A DNA stretch of 35,557 bases from assembly GCA_009602725.1 (NCBI GenBank), contig WELB01000004.1, positions 469,196 through 504,752 of the forward strand. Reading direction: 5' to 3'. Made by a program: the position numbers and the translations under genes. Origin of the DNA: Spirogloea muscicola (taxonomy: Eukaryota). The notes below the pieces were generated by a model. The model searched no databases. It was not told the DNA's origin and was given only the letters and a program-made list of their open reading frames with translations. Numbering within the stretch: position 1 is the stretch's first letter; every line of letters starts with the position of its first letter. Positions 1 to 11,824 of the stretch are shown here, piece by piece.

Positions 1-125
<125 letters not shown>

Positions 126-168
126 TAGTTGCGGGCGGCGGCGGAGGGTAGCCGCCGCGCATGAGGCC

Positions 169-1451
169 ATGGCGGCGACGGCGGCGGCGGTGAGCTTCCG
201 CGCGGGCGCGGCGCTGATGCTCGCCTTCGTCGTCGTGGGCGCGCTGCTGACCCTCGCCAGCAGCATCGGCCTCACCGCCGGCGTCTGGGCTGCCGCCTCC
301 GGCGGCGGCGGCGGCGGAGCGGAGGACGGCGGCCTCGGCGGCGCAGCGGCGGCGCCAGCGGAGGGGGAGGAGGAGGAGCGCGCCGCGCCGCTGCCGCGCG
401 TTTGTGGGTCGCCGGCGGTGGACGGGTACGCGCACGTGAAGCCCGAGTGCCTGCTCGAGTCGCCCACTGCGCTCGCCTGGCGCAAGCTGCACCCCCAGGT
501 GGCCAAACCTCCCCTCACCTCTCCCCGTTGCCGTTCGGCATTCGAACATCAGTCAGCGACCTCTACGTGCTGACTCGTGGTTACTGAGCGGGTCAGCTTA
601 GCAGCAGGTGATGTACATTGGTCAATGTGCTTGCCTTGTACTTGGCCACTCAGGCCCTCCATCACTCAATACACAATCAATTCTTCCTTCTCCCTTCCTC
701 CGTCCTCACCTTTAGCCCCGGCTTGCGAGCCTCAAGTCCTGCATTGTGCACCCTGCGCCGTGCTGTGAATCGTCTGGCTAGTTCTGGGCCCACTGCCCGC
801 CGCTCGTGCGGCCACCTTGTGACGGTCGCGGGTCTGCGCCGCGCTGGCGGGCTGGCAGGGCGGCAAGAGCGGCGAAGGCTTGGAATGTAATACCGAGGTG
901 GGGGTGAGCATTGACGGCCTCGCCGTCGGCTGGGGGCTCCACAACATCAAGGCCTCGGCCGAGGAGTGCTGCCAGGACTGCAGGTGCACGCCACCATCGA
1001 TACAGGCGCTGTTGGTCTCGCATTGAGGCGGCTCCCTAGCCGGGCCCAGCGACGGCATTGGCGGCGCTGACGAATAGCGGCGACATCCGGCAAAGCATGA
1101 GCTAATGAGGGCTGTGCTGGTGCATCGTGATTTGCTCGTGGCCGCAGGGATCACGTCCCTGGTCCGCAAGTGGGCGGGCCCTTTCAGGACCTCCCGTGCA
1201 ACGCGTGGGTTTTCTGCCCCGACGACGAGTGCTTCGAAGCGGATGCGCACCACCACGTCAAGGGCAACTGCTGGCTCAAATTCACTGAGGCACCGCAGTC
1301 ACCTGAAATCAATGCTCGGGGTGATTTCCCGCCCGACTTCCGTGCCCGACACCCCACTGCACCAGCCCGCACGCAGTGGATATCTGGCATACTCCTTCCA
1401 CCCGGCCAACTCCTGACCAACGGCACATGGGGCCCGCGTGCATCATGGTAA
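169..1451 (+). CDS. Membrane-anchored protein with a PAN/Apple-like Cys domain (uncharacterised plant-type family), 3 exons, ~252 aa
   Basis: Exons 169-498, 859-983 and 1148-1451 join in frame with GT-AG sites. N-terminal hydrophobic segment, then DGLAVGWGLHNIKASAEECCQDC...CNAWVFC...C...GNCWLKF...QWISG, a PAN/Apple-like cysteine pattern. Confidence 0.8.
528..690 (+). mobile_element. 3' remnant of CRE-like non-LTR retrotransposon in intron 1 (subfamily A)
   Basis: Encodes GIRTSVSDLYVLTRGY* followed by UTR gtgcttgccttgtacttggccactcaggccctccatc. Closely matches the reverse complement of 13665-13820 and resembles 4065-4200. Confidence 0.8.
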
Positions 1452-2129
1452 GCCTTGGTGGCTGCTGCTTAGACGACTACCAGTGGCGGCCATCAAGACT
1501 GATCAATGCAGCCGCCAATCTCAAGGGCGATGCATGTAACACCAATTTTGCGTGCTATATCCGCAATCTCTTCCCAGAGACCACTGCTGGTCTTGCTGTA
1601 CTACACGCTATGGCATTTTGCAGCAGAGTGGAAGCTAGTCGACCGCATGTGACTGCCAATTCTAGACTAGCTCCTCTGTCACCTTCTGGTCATGTGCAAG
1701 GATTTGCAGGGACCATATTTGTAAACATTGCCAGCTCTTCTTCTGCAATCAAGATTGCAATCACGCCATTAAGGCACATTAGTGGAGATGCGCGTGCGCT
1801 GCCGCAACTGGCAATTTTGAAAGTGCAAAGCTTCCACCCAATTAAGGTACCTGCCGGAATTGTGGGGTCCCAGATCTGAGTCTCTAAGCACAAGCGCCAA
1901 GATATGGGCCATTGTAAGACATCATTACCACACCATCAAAACGGGCGATTGGAGGGCGTTGCCAGAGCCAATTCACAATGCTATTCAATTCACAGGCCGA
2001 GCCCAAGGGCACTATCTGTGCGCGGCTCTGTTCCTTTGAGATTCCGCCAGTAGCACAGGCGAGCGCTGCCCGCAGCCATGTCACTGCGTGGGTACAGGGG
2101 TTGCTCCAGGAGCTCTACAGTGCCGCTGC

Positions 2130-2899
2130 TTAATAACCGCCCTTGAGCTGAGTGACGATGTCGTACGGCACCGCCGTCATGGTGTGCAGCGTCTGGCCCT
2201 CCACGATGAAGCCGGGCTTGGGCCCTGCCGGCTGCCGCTTGGTAGAAATCTTCTCCCCTCGCTTCTTGGCCTCGGCCTGCACAGCGGCGGGGGCAATGGT
2301 GCCCGTATTGGCCTCAGTAAGACTGTTCCAGACGGCAGTCGTCAACACAGCCCACAAGCGGCAAAGGTAGCAGCTCAAGAGCAGGGGCCTAGCAGAAGGG
2401 CGCAGCTGTTAGCAGTGGCGGGATGCGGCGCGGAGGCGACGCCGGACCTTGAGCTCGTCGTTGCGCTTGCGCCGCTCGAGGAACTCCTCGTGGCACCGCG
2501 ACTGCACGACGTGCTCGAGGCGGACGTGGATGCGCTTCTTGATGATCCGGTTGCCCACCTGCATCCCCCGCCGGGCACCAGCAGCAGCCATAGGCCGTGT
2601 CAATGGGGCCCCGGCTCGGGAGCGGCTCGGCTAGAAGGCGGCAGAGACGGGGAGAAGCGCCACACCTGCTTGTTCATCTCGACGCCGAGGGAGCGCTTGG
2701 CGACGTTCCAGATGCGGCCGGTGCGGCCGTGGTAGAACTTGAACGGCATGCCCTTCTGCACCGCCGCGTTGGCCTTGATGTCCACGTAGTCCCCCACGCG
2801 GAAGGTGCGCAGGTACTGGCCCAGCGGGATGTACCCCTTCTTCCGGAACGCCCGCGAGAACAGGTCCCGCGTCCGCGACCGCAGCCCGTGCCCCTTCAT
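2130..2899 (-). CDS. RPL21: 60S ribosomal protein L21 (eL21), 3 exons, 163 aa
   Basis: Exons 2899-2666, 2558-2448 and 2276-2130, all phase 0 [18 protein letters not shown]...[18 protein letters not shown]...[10 protein letters not shown]...[11 protein letters not shown]...[12 protein letters not shown] is plant-type eL21. Confidence 0.97.
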
Positions 2900-2939
2900 C
2901 GCGCCCCTCNTAACCCTATCAGCCCAGGCAGCGGAACAA

Positions 2940-2985
2940 GCGCCGCCGCCGCCGCCGCCGCCGACGCCGCCGCCGCCGCCGCCGG
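2940..2985. repeat. (GCC)n microsatellite in the RPL21 5' region
   Basis: About 14 near-perfect GCC units. Similar tracts lie at or near the 5' ends of most genes in the window. Confidence 0.9.
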
Positions 2986-3248
2986 CGCTTCTGCGAGGAT
3001 CTAAACCCTCGAGGAGCACTAGGGTTCTTCTGGGGCCAGGTTTCACGACCACTTGGGTAACCTGGCCGGGTCGTCTCCGGAGCTCAACTCAGCCGTCCGA
3101 TGGTAAGCCATCGCAGCCCTCCATGGCCAGTGCATCGACGGCTTCCCTACCCTTGGATTTTTCAGAGCCCCCCCTACCCCTTCAGAGCATCGACAAACAT
3201 TGCTGGCCACGCAGTGGGCATTGCAGAGCAGAGAAAGCTACTGCAATA

Positions 3249-3784
3249 CAGTCATACCTCGTTATAAGCACCCACGGATAAGGGCACATTAGGGCAATCC
3301 CTCTATAGTGGCACCTTTTTGCGGGAAGCATTTTTTCCCCAGGCAAAAGTGACTCGATAAGGGAACGTGCCGTTATGTACAGGCACAGTTTTTCGGGGCA
3401 AATTCCCCCACTAGAGAAAGAGCTCGCCCATTGAGGATGGGGGCTGGAACAGCCAGCCCAAAAAAGAATGGACAAAGTACGAGAAGTGCCCTATATGAAA
3501 ACAAACCAACATATCTCTAATATTCTCTACAGGGATTAGGGTTGAGGTTTAGGGTTTAGGGTGTGGGGTTTAGGGTTTAGGTCTAGGGTTAGGGTCTAGT
3601 ATTTAAACCCTATCCCTAAACCATAACCCAAAAGCCATTTTTCAAATATAATCTGATATACTGCTGACTGTCACGGTAGAAGCACATTTGGGGGCAATAG
3701 TGCCTCTACAACGAACAAGGACACCTCGATATAGTCACACATTTTCGCCAAACCGACCGACGTGCCTATAACGAGGTATGACTG
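3249..3784. mobile_element. Non-autonomous pogo/Tigger-like (Tc1/mariner superfamily) MITE, 536 bp, TA target-site duplication
   Basis: 23-bp terminal inverted repeats CAGTCATACCTCGTTATAAGCAC / GTGCCTATAACGAGGTATGACTG (1 mismatch), flanked by TA at 3247-3248 and 3785-3786. Subterminal repeats of a cctcg-ata-gcac-like motif. No transposase ORF. Confidence 0.9.
3531..3630. repeat. Degenerate interstitial telomere-like tract, G-rich arm followed by C-rich arm
   Basis: 3531-3599 is TTTAGGG/TTAGGG/TCTAGGG variants; 3604-3630 is taaaccctatccctaaaccataaccca. Confidence 0.85.
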
Positions 3785-4212
3785 TACTCCGACTACCCCC
3801 GGTGCAATCAGCTCCTGCCAGCTGCAGTTGACACTTTTGGCTGTCTGGGTCCGCGTTTCCACACCCTCCTCCACAACATTGCCAATCTAGGCCACACACG
3901 ACGAGCAGATGTGTTCCCGGCTGAGATGTGCTTGCAAGCTGTATATCTGTCTTTCTTGCGACGACGAGTTTCGGCCTGTCTGCAGCGTGCCCAGGCTAAT
4001 GCCTTGCACCAGAAAGCTGGGCGAGCTCTAGTTGGTGGCAGAAGGGCTTCTTATCCGACATCTAGTATTCAGGCATCGATTAGCGACCTTTATGTTTTGA
4101 CCCGCGGTTACTGAGCGGGTCATTCTGCTGTAGGTTATATAGGTCTTAGGTGTGCTTGCCTTTGTGCTTGGCCATTTGGCCTTCGTTTGTTTCAAATACA
4201 CGAATTTTCCCT

Positions 4213-4600
4213 AATCTGCGGCTGCTTAGCAGGGATTACTGAGTGATTCGTGGCTGCTTTGTTTCTTTTTGTGGCTTGTTTTTCTTAGCGTTCCCTTGGC
4301 CCCCTTCTCGTACTTTGTTCATTCGTTTTTGGGCTGGCTTTTCCAGCCCCTATCCTCAATCCTCAATGGGCGAGCACTTTCTTCTTCTTTGCCAGCCCCT
4401 CTTCTTTATGGGCTTGCTCTTTCCACGGCCATCGTCCCCTTTGATAGCTTCGCACTGTTACCTGCCATTGCCCCATTTTGGAAATGCTTTAGCTACCTTA
4501 GTCCCCCTCTTAGCATGGGCTTCGCTATTTGCCTGAAGAATGTATAGGCTGGATTTGGCTACGTTTCATTTCATGCGCATAGCGCCTTCTCTATCATTTT
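4213..4600 (+). mobile_element. CRE-like 3' remnant (subfamily B) with modular 3' UTR
   Basis: NLRLLSRDY* (stop 4240-4242), then a UTR aligning with 18110-18275 including GGGCTGGCTTTTCCAGCCC. The right boundary is approximate. Confidence 0.8.
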
Positions 4601-4629
4601 CTCTCGCTCTATGATGGCCAAGAAACAGG

Positions 4630-4790
4630 TTCATCCAAGAACGAGGCGGTGGCTGTGAATTGAGCAGCACCTCCACAACAAGAAGGGGGCAAAACCCGTG
4701 AAATAAAGACTTTTCCAGTAGAGGGCGATGGCTGTGAAAGGCAAGCCCAAAGGGATAGACAAGGAAACACAGTCGATCTTTTCACAACTG
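4630..4790 (-). mobile_element. Diverged CRE-like 3' UTR module in opposite orientation
   Basis: ggctgtgaaaggcaagcccaaagggatagacaagg is the reverse complement of the shared hairpin module. Confidence 0.55.
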
Positions 4791-5518
4791 CCATCACTCT
4801 TTGTTGGCTCGCCACCGGCGTCATTGCCACCCTCATCCACTAGGCCATGTTGAAGATGCACAGCGGCGGTGGGCAAACCCAGGCACATTACACCATACAC
4901 TGATGAGATGCTGTACTTACATGCACTCGAGTCCGGCACCTTAAGCTAGCATGTGCTGCAAGCAGTGAACGAGGAAAACGAGAATAGGAGCTCAATGCTT
5001 CACATGTATGTAAGCCTGCAGCCCGGAAAGACTTCAGGCAGTGCATGATACAGTCCTACTCAGCCAAACATGACATCACTGCAGCATCACTGACATGCTG
5101 GCTCGCAGCAAGCGACAGAGGAGCAATTGGTCAAGCGAGGCAACGAAGCAGTGCGGCGTCAAGCTTGCCACAGTCGCCAATGCAAAGACGCAGACCTCTC
5201 ATCTTTCAGAGGTCCATGGTTGTACTGAATTGCTCAAGCTTGTTGCTCGTTTCATCAGCACGACAAAGTATAAGCATAGGCTTCACAACTGATTTGGCCG
5301 TCCAATGTGTTACAGCTCTTGGCTCACATCACAGTGCTTCTGTAGAAGAAGATGATGGGTTTCACATGTTGCCTCAATCTTAGTGCTTGGCAGTGATGCC
5401 AACAATCAGTCAAGGTGAAAAGTACACAACTTGATATGTAGGCCTGATGAAGCGACTTCAAGAAAATGCTCAATGTGGACGTACAGTACAGACCACATTA
5501 GGAGATTCTTTTGACTGG

Positions 5519-8500
5519 TTAGCTTACGGCGTCAAATTCAACATCATTGAGGTTCCTTGCCACGTGGGGCCGGGGGGGAAGCAGGTCAAGTGCTGACATT
5601 GGTCTGGAATTCTGGTAACCGTGGAGACTAGGGGCTTTCTGAGGAGACTGTAGCGGTGTGCTCAGATTGTCTCCCCTCATGTACCTATCCATCTGGCCGG
5701 AGGCTGCCAAGATGAGGCCTGCAGCAGATAGACGGCAACAAATATAAGAATCCCATGCCATGGCAGAGGAAGCAAGCTTCTGAGACGTCGCAAATGTGCA
5801 GCACACGTGGCAGGCACAATAATGCCAAGGGCTCGTTAGTAATTGCAAGGGCAAGACATTCTTACAGAATCAGCATTGCATAACCTCTGCATGGTGTTCA
5901 TGAGACTGACAATTAAACAGCAAAAAGGTATATCATCCTTACCAAGAAAGACAGCTGAAGGACGACCAGGCCTCGACTTGAATTCAGGATGGAATTGGAC
6001 TCCAACGTAGTATGGATGACCAGTAAGCTCCACGATCTGTGACATCAGGGAGTCAAGGAGCAATTTACAATACAGACTACACCCTTTAAGGAAAGCATAC
6101 AGACACATATCAGACATCTTCATATCTCTAGGCTTCAGATTAATTAAGGATTACCTCCATGCGGCGACCACTCTCGTCACGACCAACAAAGCGCAAGCCT
6201 GCCTCTTCCAGTTGTGGTACCATCTCGGGATTGACCTTCAACAAAATGAAAACCACAGCGCCTCACCTCTCCACACAACAACGTTGTACCTAAGCACCTG
6301 TGACTTATAATCGCAGTGTGTAAACAATCTCTCCTTCAAGCGGATGTGTGATGCAACCAGCACCTCATACTAGGACATGAACTGCAGAATCCCACTAAAA
6401 ATTTGGTGGTGCTTGCTACAAGAGCAACTCTTGGTGCATTTTCTGAAGAGATAATGTAGGGAGGCTGGCAGTATTCCTGTACCTCGTATCGATGTCTGTG
6501 CCGCTCATCAATGAAGCCATCCTTTTGATACCTACATGAATAGAGGAATGAATGAGCTACCACGGCATGCACTAGGCTCACTCACTAAGCTTCAAAAACA
6601 GCACGTTCGCAAGCCTCAGCATGACAGTCCTATATACATAACACAAACGCCTTGGGAAGCCGACCCTTCAGCAAAATTGGTCATGATCACGGCCCATCTA
6701 ACTCACAGCTTTGCCGTAATACAATCAGGTGTGAGAAGAATCGTCCTCCTTGAACCCAACCGCATGGTGCCTCCCATCTGCGTCTTTGACACCTGCAAGG
6801 ACACAATAGTCATAATAGTGCAGATGCTTTTGACGCGACCACATGCATACCTGCATCTGCGTCATACTGCATACATGCCTAGCAGTAAGATTTTGGCTCA
6901 AGACTTAAGGTGTGTGGCATGTTTGGTCCAGGTTGACACCTCTGGCATGAACACAACACAGGGGCTTGAAGTGGCTGAATCGAACTCCGTGCTGTCTGCA
7001 CTTGTCATACCCAGGATCTGACATTGCAAACGCTTCTATGTTCAGAGACTATTTGACATGTCAGCCAGCTCCTCCATATCTGGACAGCAAATTTTTTGCG
7101 TATGACGATGGAATTTATTAAGGACCTCCCTAAATCACAAAGCAGAACAGTGATGATGCTGCACAGCTAGTCCTTCATTTCTTGTCCCTCTGCCTCGAAA
7201 GTCGATCTAAAAATGAGCGCCAATGGTAGATGCTCACCGATCGAGCAAACTCAATGACAGCAACCTGAAGGCCAAGGCAGATTCCAAGGTAGGGCTTCGC
7301 AGACTCTCTCGCATATTGTGCAGCGATGATCATCCCTTCAATACCCCTATCCCCAAAACCTCCAGGGACAAGTATACCATCTGCTCCCTGTGCACATTGA
7401 CCATGCCTCTAATTAGAAAGAACTACAGGTAGGCAAACAGGGTGTGGCAATCAAGACAAATTCTCAGTAACTATGCAGACAATCATACTCAATATTATGA
7501 CAAATTGCACAAAGTGGTTGGAGTGCATAGTGCCAACTTTCAATGCCGCCCAGGCTGCTGTGCTGGCCTCCTCACTCTGAGCAGGATTAGGACATGTGAA
7601 ACAGGAATGTCAGTTGCTGCTACTGCTGCTTCAGGGAGGTGTGAGGCTAATTGAGGAGACTCAAGGATCATCGGACCTGAATTCGCACCGGAAAAAGGCA
7701 AGAGCAGCCTGTGCACAACGCCAGCGGATCAAGCCCGTAATACTGACATACTCACATCAGATCAAGGTATTGATTCATGGACCCAAGGTAGCTTCTTTAT
7801 GGGTTTCTTAAGCAAACCTCGGAATGAGATGATTCTTCAAGGTCCGTAGCAGCTATCCAGTCAATTACCAGTTTTCTTGAGCAAGCAATGCACGCGTGCT
7901 GCAGCGCCTGTGAAATATACACATCCCGCTCTCAATCAATCTTTCATGCAGAGCCCAACTTTAGTCAAGTCACCGCTGCTTTTCCTGACTTGCAACTTAG
8001 GTACACGTCGGGCCTCAGTGGTAGTGACATGTTTCCTCTACAAGTGACAAGGTATCTTGCCATCAGGTAATACGTGCATGGTAATTCGTCATTGGCCCGC
8101 ACTCTTGGAACAGCTACTTTATCCTTTTCACAGCCTATGCGAGAGGAGCGACTTGTGTCTGCTTGATGGCTCTAACAGCTTCTACAGTGCCTCGTACCCA
8201 GCCTGCAGCAATTTACTTACAGCCTCTGAACTCTGCATCTACATGAACACTGACACTCAATGCCAATGGAAGAGAGTTATCATGGCATACCTTAAGAACT
8301 GAGAGGTATGAGTCTGCCAGGCCAGTATACTTGCCCACCATGGCAATACGGACCTGTAGAAGCAACAACAAATCAGGCATGTTAGAGAACATTGCAGCCC
8401 AATGTGTGGTACATACAGAGTAAGGCTTTCTAGACATGACACAACAAATTGACGAAATGAGCCACCCATGAGCACGAGCAAGCTTGGTGCAGTCCTTTAC

Positions 8501-11500
8501 CTCCTTCATCAGACTGTCCCAACGACTTGCCCGTGCCTCCCAGTCCTTCAACTTTGGTAAAGGCGTCGTGTCGCTGCACAACAAACACGTATGCGCAACT
8601 TGCTCATGATCCCTTTTGGCAAGTCATATGAGCAAGTGCCTTAAGTAAGCGCCTGCCACAGTCAGGCACTTGTAGACTGCTTGTAGAGCACTTTGCTACT
8701 TACTTGCATACAGTATTGTCGTACAGTCTTAAGCACATGGATCAAGGGATGGTTGCTTTGACCCCTTACAAAAGATTGAACTCCTTAAGGATAGCACTGT
8801 GACCTCCTTGATCCTGTGCAAAAGATTTCAGGAGGATGGCAGAGGCAAGCAGTCAGTTTGGGAGAAGGTCCTCATCATCCACCCGATCTTTCTATTTTGC
8901 TCTTGTAGAGAACCTATGTAAAGAAAACAGACAAGTAGGAGTGCCACAACGACTGCGAGATGCTGGATATGATGTTGAAGTAATAGCTCTCTGGACATTT
9001 GAGTAAGAAGAGCTGAAGATAGACCTTGATAATAAGTGGTATATGCCAAATGTTGGAGACGTCGTGAAGGTTAAGGATGTGATCAGACTGCATCACCCCG
9101 TTCAAGAAGGTGAACACCTCAGTGGAGATCTAAGCCAGCTGCCATTTGAGCAACTTGGCAGAGCTGGAACAGGAGGACCTGCCCAAGCATTGGAAGGGCT
9201 CTGTAACATGCTAGGCATGGCATCATCTTTCGATTTTGCGATATCAAAGGCAAAAGACTGACCGAAACGTGGCAAAACTGTGAAAGCTTCTCCTTGGTCG
9301 GCTGCTCCAGAGGCTGTGGCATAGAAGGTGCGGCAGACGTTCACTGACTGGTGAAGCAAGCACTTGCACTACACACTTAATCTTTTTTGATAGAAGGAGG
9401 ATCCAAGGATCATCGATGAAGCCTCTGCCACTTTGTAGCTGCAATTTGGTACTCATTGTAAATATACCAACTCATGTGGTTGACTTGGTTCTGTGCCAAT
9501 GGCTTCACACAAATTGGTGAGAAGATTCAAATTACTTGAGCGCTGCGGCAGGCTAGGAGATGTGGAGTGAGGCCCAGGGCTCTAAGCTCCCGGACACTAT
9601 GCTGCGTTGGCTTGGTTTTCTGCAGCATCCAATGAGCACAGCAACACCTCTCTGACAGTGAACCAATTGCAGGTCCGTGCAAAGGGTTCTCAATCGCTTG
9701 CCTCAAAGCAGAGTTAAGAATCGTGCAACTTAGAGACCCATTCAATTGAGCAAGACCTCCTTGTTTACATTCCAGCAAATGCCATGCTTCTCATTTCACA
9801 CGTTTGTCTGGACTTGGACCATTGCATCAGTTGCCATCTTTGTCTCCACTGTTCATCAGCTGGAGAGCATACCTGCTCACCAACCACACCCAAGACAGGC
9901 ACCAGGCTCACGTGTACAAGGCAGAAATTATTCTTGCCTGCACACCGGAAGGCATGACAATGTCCATGAGGCGGCTACAGGGAGTGCATGAATTTGAGGC
10001 ACACATCAAGCTACTTTGATGGCATAAATTGATTGGAACAATGACAATGCGCTGATAGTAATTGGCTGCAGAATTTTGATATTGATTTCAACACTAACCA
10101 CCATTTATCAAGTGACTACAATCTCCTGCAATGCTTAATCGAGTAGCAAAAGAGGCTATCACGGACGACTGACCATTACCAAGTTCACTCACCAACTCGA
10201 AATTGGAATTGTCGGAGAGCTTCAATGAAGGGCATTGACTCGATGTCACCTGCAACAACAGCAGATTCACGCAAGTCAAATTACAATGAGATTGAGCAGC
10301 CTCATGGATTGCATAAGTTGCACCACCCAAGAGCCAGCCATGTTGGATGGCAGCTGTAGCAAAGGGTGCACTTCCTCAGCTGAAGGAGCTCAGCAATGCT
10401 CATTCCCAAAATTACATAGCTGATTCCTAGTGCCATAAATGATGGCCATTTAGCACAATAGGGCAACATGGAGAGGCAGCTGAGAGCCAAGGCTGTGTAC
10501 CAACAGTTCCGCCGAGCTCAATGATGCAAATCTCAGACGGCCCTTGCAGACCGTCGACTGGGATGTGAGCAACTCTTTCGATCCACTCCTGTATGGCATC
10601 CGTAATGTGGGGAACTACCTGCCACACGCTTGACAAAGGGGTAAATCTCAGTGACCTCCTGTAATGCCGCAGTTGCCACATGGAGCAGGATTGGTGATGC
10701 GCCAGAGTTTGCTGGCAATTCTGCCTTGTGTAAAGTGTCGTAGATTCAAGCAGAATAGCCAGGTGTCTCAGACCTGGACGGTCTTCCCGAGGTAGTCTCC
10801 GCGCCGTTCTCTTTCAATCACGGACTGCAAGTAGGTCAGATTGCGACTTGTCAGCAGGAGGAGTCTGACATAACAAGTTCTGACATTATCAGTAAGGGCA
10901 GAGCCTGTCGCAAGTGCTGACTGGAATAGCGGGGTAACCTGGTAAATTTTTCCAGTGGTAATGTTGTTGTCGTGCGTCAGCGTAATGTCCAGGAACCGCT
11001 CGTAGTTGCCAAGGTCCAAGTCCACCTGGGCAAGTCCGGCGCAGGCGTGGCGCTCTTAAAGAGCGGCGGGAGCTGAAGTCCAGGCTTCTCATTGGTTGTA
11101 TGCTGCAAGCGCAAGCCCCAAGAGCCGGGTTTTGGTCGTGAGGAGGCTCACCTCGCCGCCATCGTCGAGCACAAACACCTCGCCGTGCTCGAAGGGCGAC
11201 ATTGTGCCCGCATCCGTGTTGATGTAGGGGTCTGTGCTTCAAGCGGGCGCACCCCAATTTGTCTTTCTTTTGTGAGGCATTCTTGCTCGGCCGTCACATT
11301 GACACAGTACCGTTCGCTTCTCCCATAAAGTAACGCGGGCAAGTCGATGGCGCACTCTCGCCGCTCATGACCGCGCGGGGGAGGGGCGGGGCCAGGACGG
11401 GCATGTTCACGCTGGCGGCCTCACCGATCTTGATGGCCGTGCAGCGCAGGCCGCAGGCCTTGAGCACGACGCCGATGCTGCTGGCCGTCACGCCCTTCCC

Positions 11501-11545
11501 CAGCAGGCCGCTCACCACGCCGCCGGTGACCACCACGTACTTCAT
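5519..11545 (-). CDS. CTPS: CTP synthase (glutamine-hydrolysing), multi-exon
   Basis: [18 protein letters not shown]...[41 protein letters not shown]...[16 protein letters not shown]...[46 protein letters not shown] (catalytic Cys); [14 protein letters not shown] (His/Glu). GT-AG boundaries were checked for many but not all exons. Confidence 0.97.
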
Positions 11546-11749
11546 GGCGCCCGCTGCCCAGCACGGAGGGGCAGGGGCCCTGCCCCGGCACCGCAGCCGC
11601 CCGGCTAAACCCCGAACTCTAGCAAGCCCGTAGACCTAATCAGGTCTCCGCGTCAGCGCCGGCGGCGGCTGCTGGGCCGCCGGACGCGCCGCGAGATGCG
11701 GGCCCGGCGCTGCACAGGCCGTCGCCTGCCATGGGGGTTTTGGCGGGAA

Positions 11750-11820
11750 CGCGCCGAGTGTCGGATTTTAGGGGTCGTCTGTGTCGTGTTGGAGACGCCG
11801 GGTTCGAACCTGCTGGGGAG
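11750..11820 (+). other. Degenerate tRNA-like segment with Pol III B-box
   Basis: tGTCgtgttggagacgccgGGTTCGAACCtgctggggag resembles the anticodon-to-acceptor half of a tRNA-Asp. No intact cloverleaf or clear A-box. Confidence 0.35.
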
Positions 11821-11824
11821 CGAA

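Larger units (their letters stand above)
3180..4205 (+). mobile_element. 5'-truncated CRE-like retrotransposon copy (subfamily A) interrupted by a MITE
   Basis: Removing 3249-3786 restores one frame: ASTNIAGHAVGIAEQRKLLQY|SDYPRCNQLLPAAVDTFGCLG...FLRRRVSACLQRAQANALHQKAGRAL...ISDLYVLTRGY* (stop 4114). It aligns with AGHAASKAARCKAAKHSDHPPADEFVPLAV of the 12-13 kb copy. Confidence 0.85.

Noticed and set aside
1376..2084. ORFs between the first gene and RPL21
   Set aside because: Convergent 3' UTR region; translations are unrecognisable.
2277..2447. Intronic C/D snoRNA in RPL21 intron 2
   Set aside because: Only a weak TTGACGA...CTGA pair about 30 nt apart with no clear terminal stem or guide sequence.
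3410..3490. Hairpin module as a CRISPR repeat or HDV-like ribozyme (GAATGGAC resembles the HDV 3' end)
   Set aside because: Eukaryotic context, dispersed and divergent copies, no regular spacers or cas genes; I could not build the nested double pseudoknot or place a catalytic C.
4331..4350. Resemblance of GGCTGGCTTTTCCAGCC to a histone mRNA 3' stem-loop
   Set aside because: Stem and loop lengths differ from the 6-bp/4-nt histone consensus and no histone gene is present.
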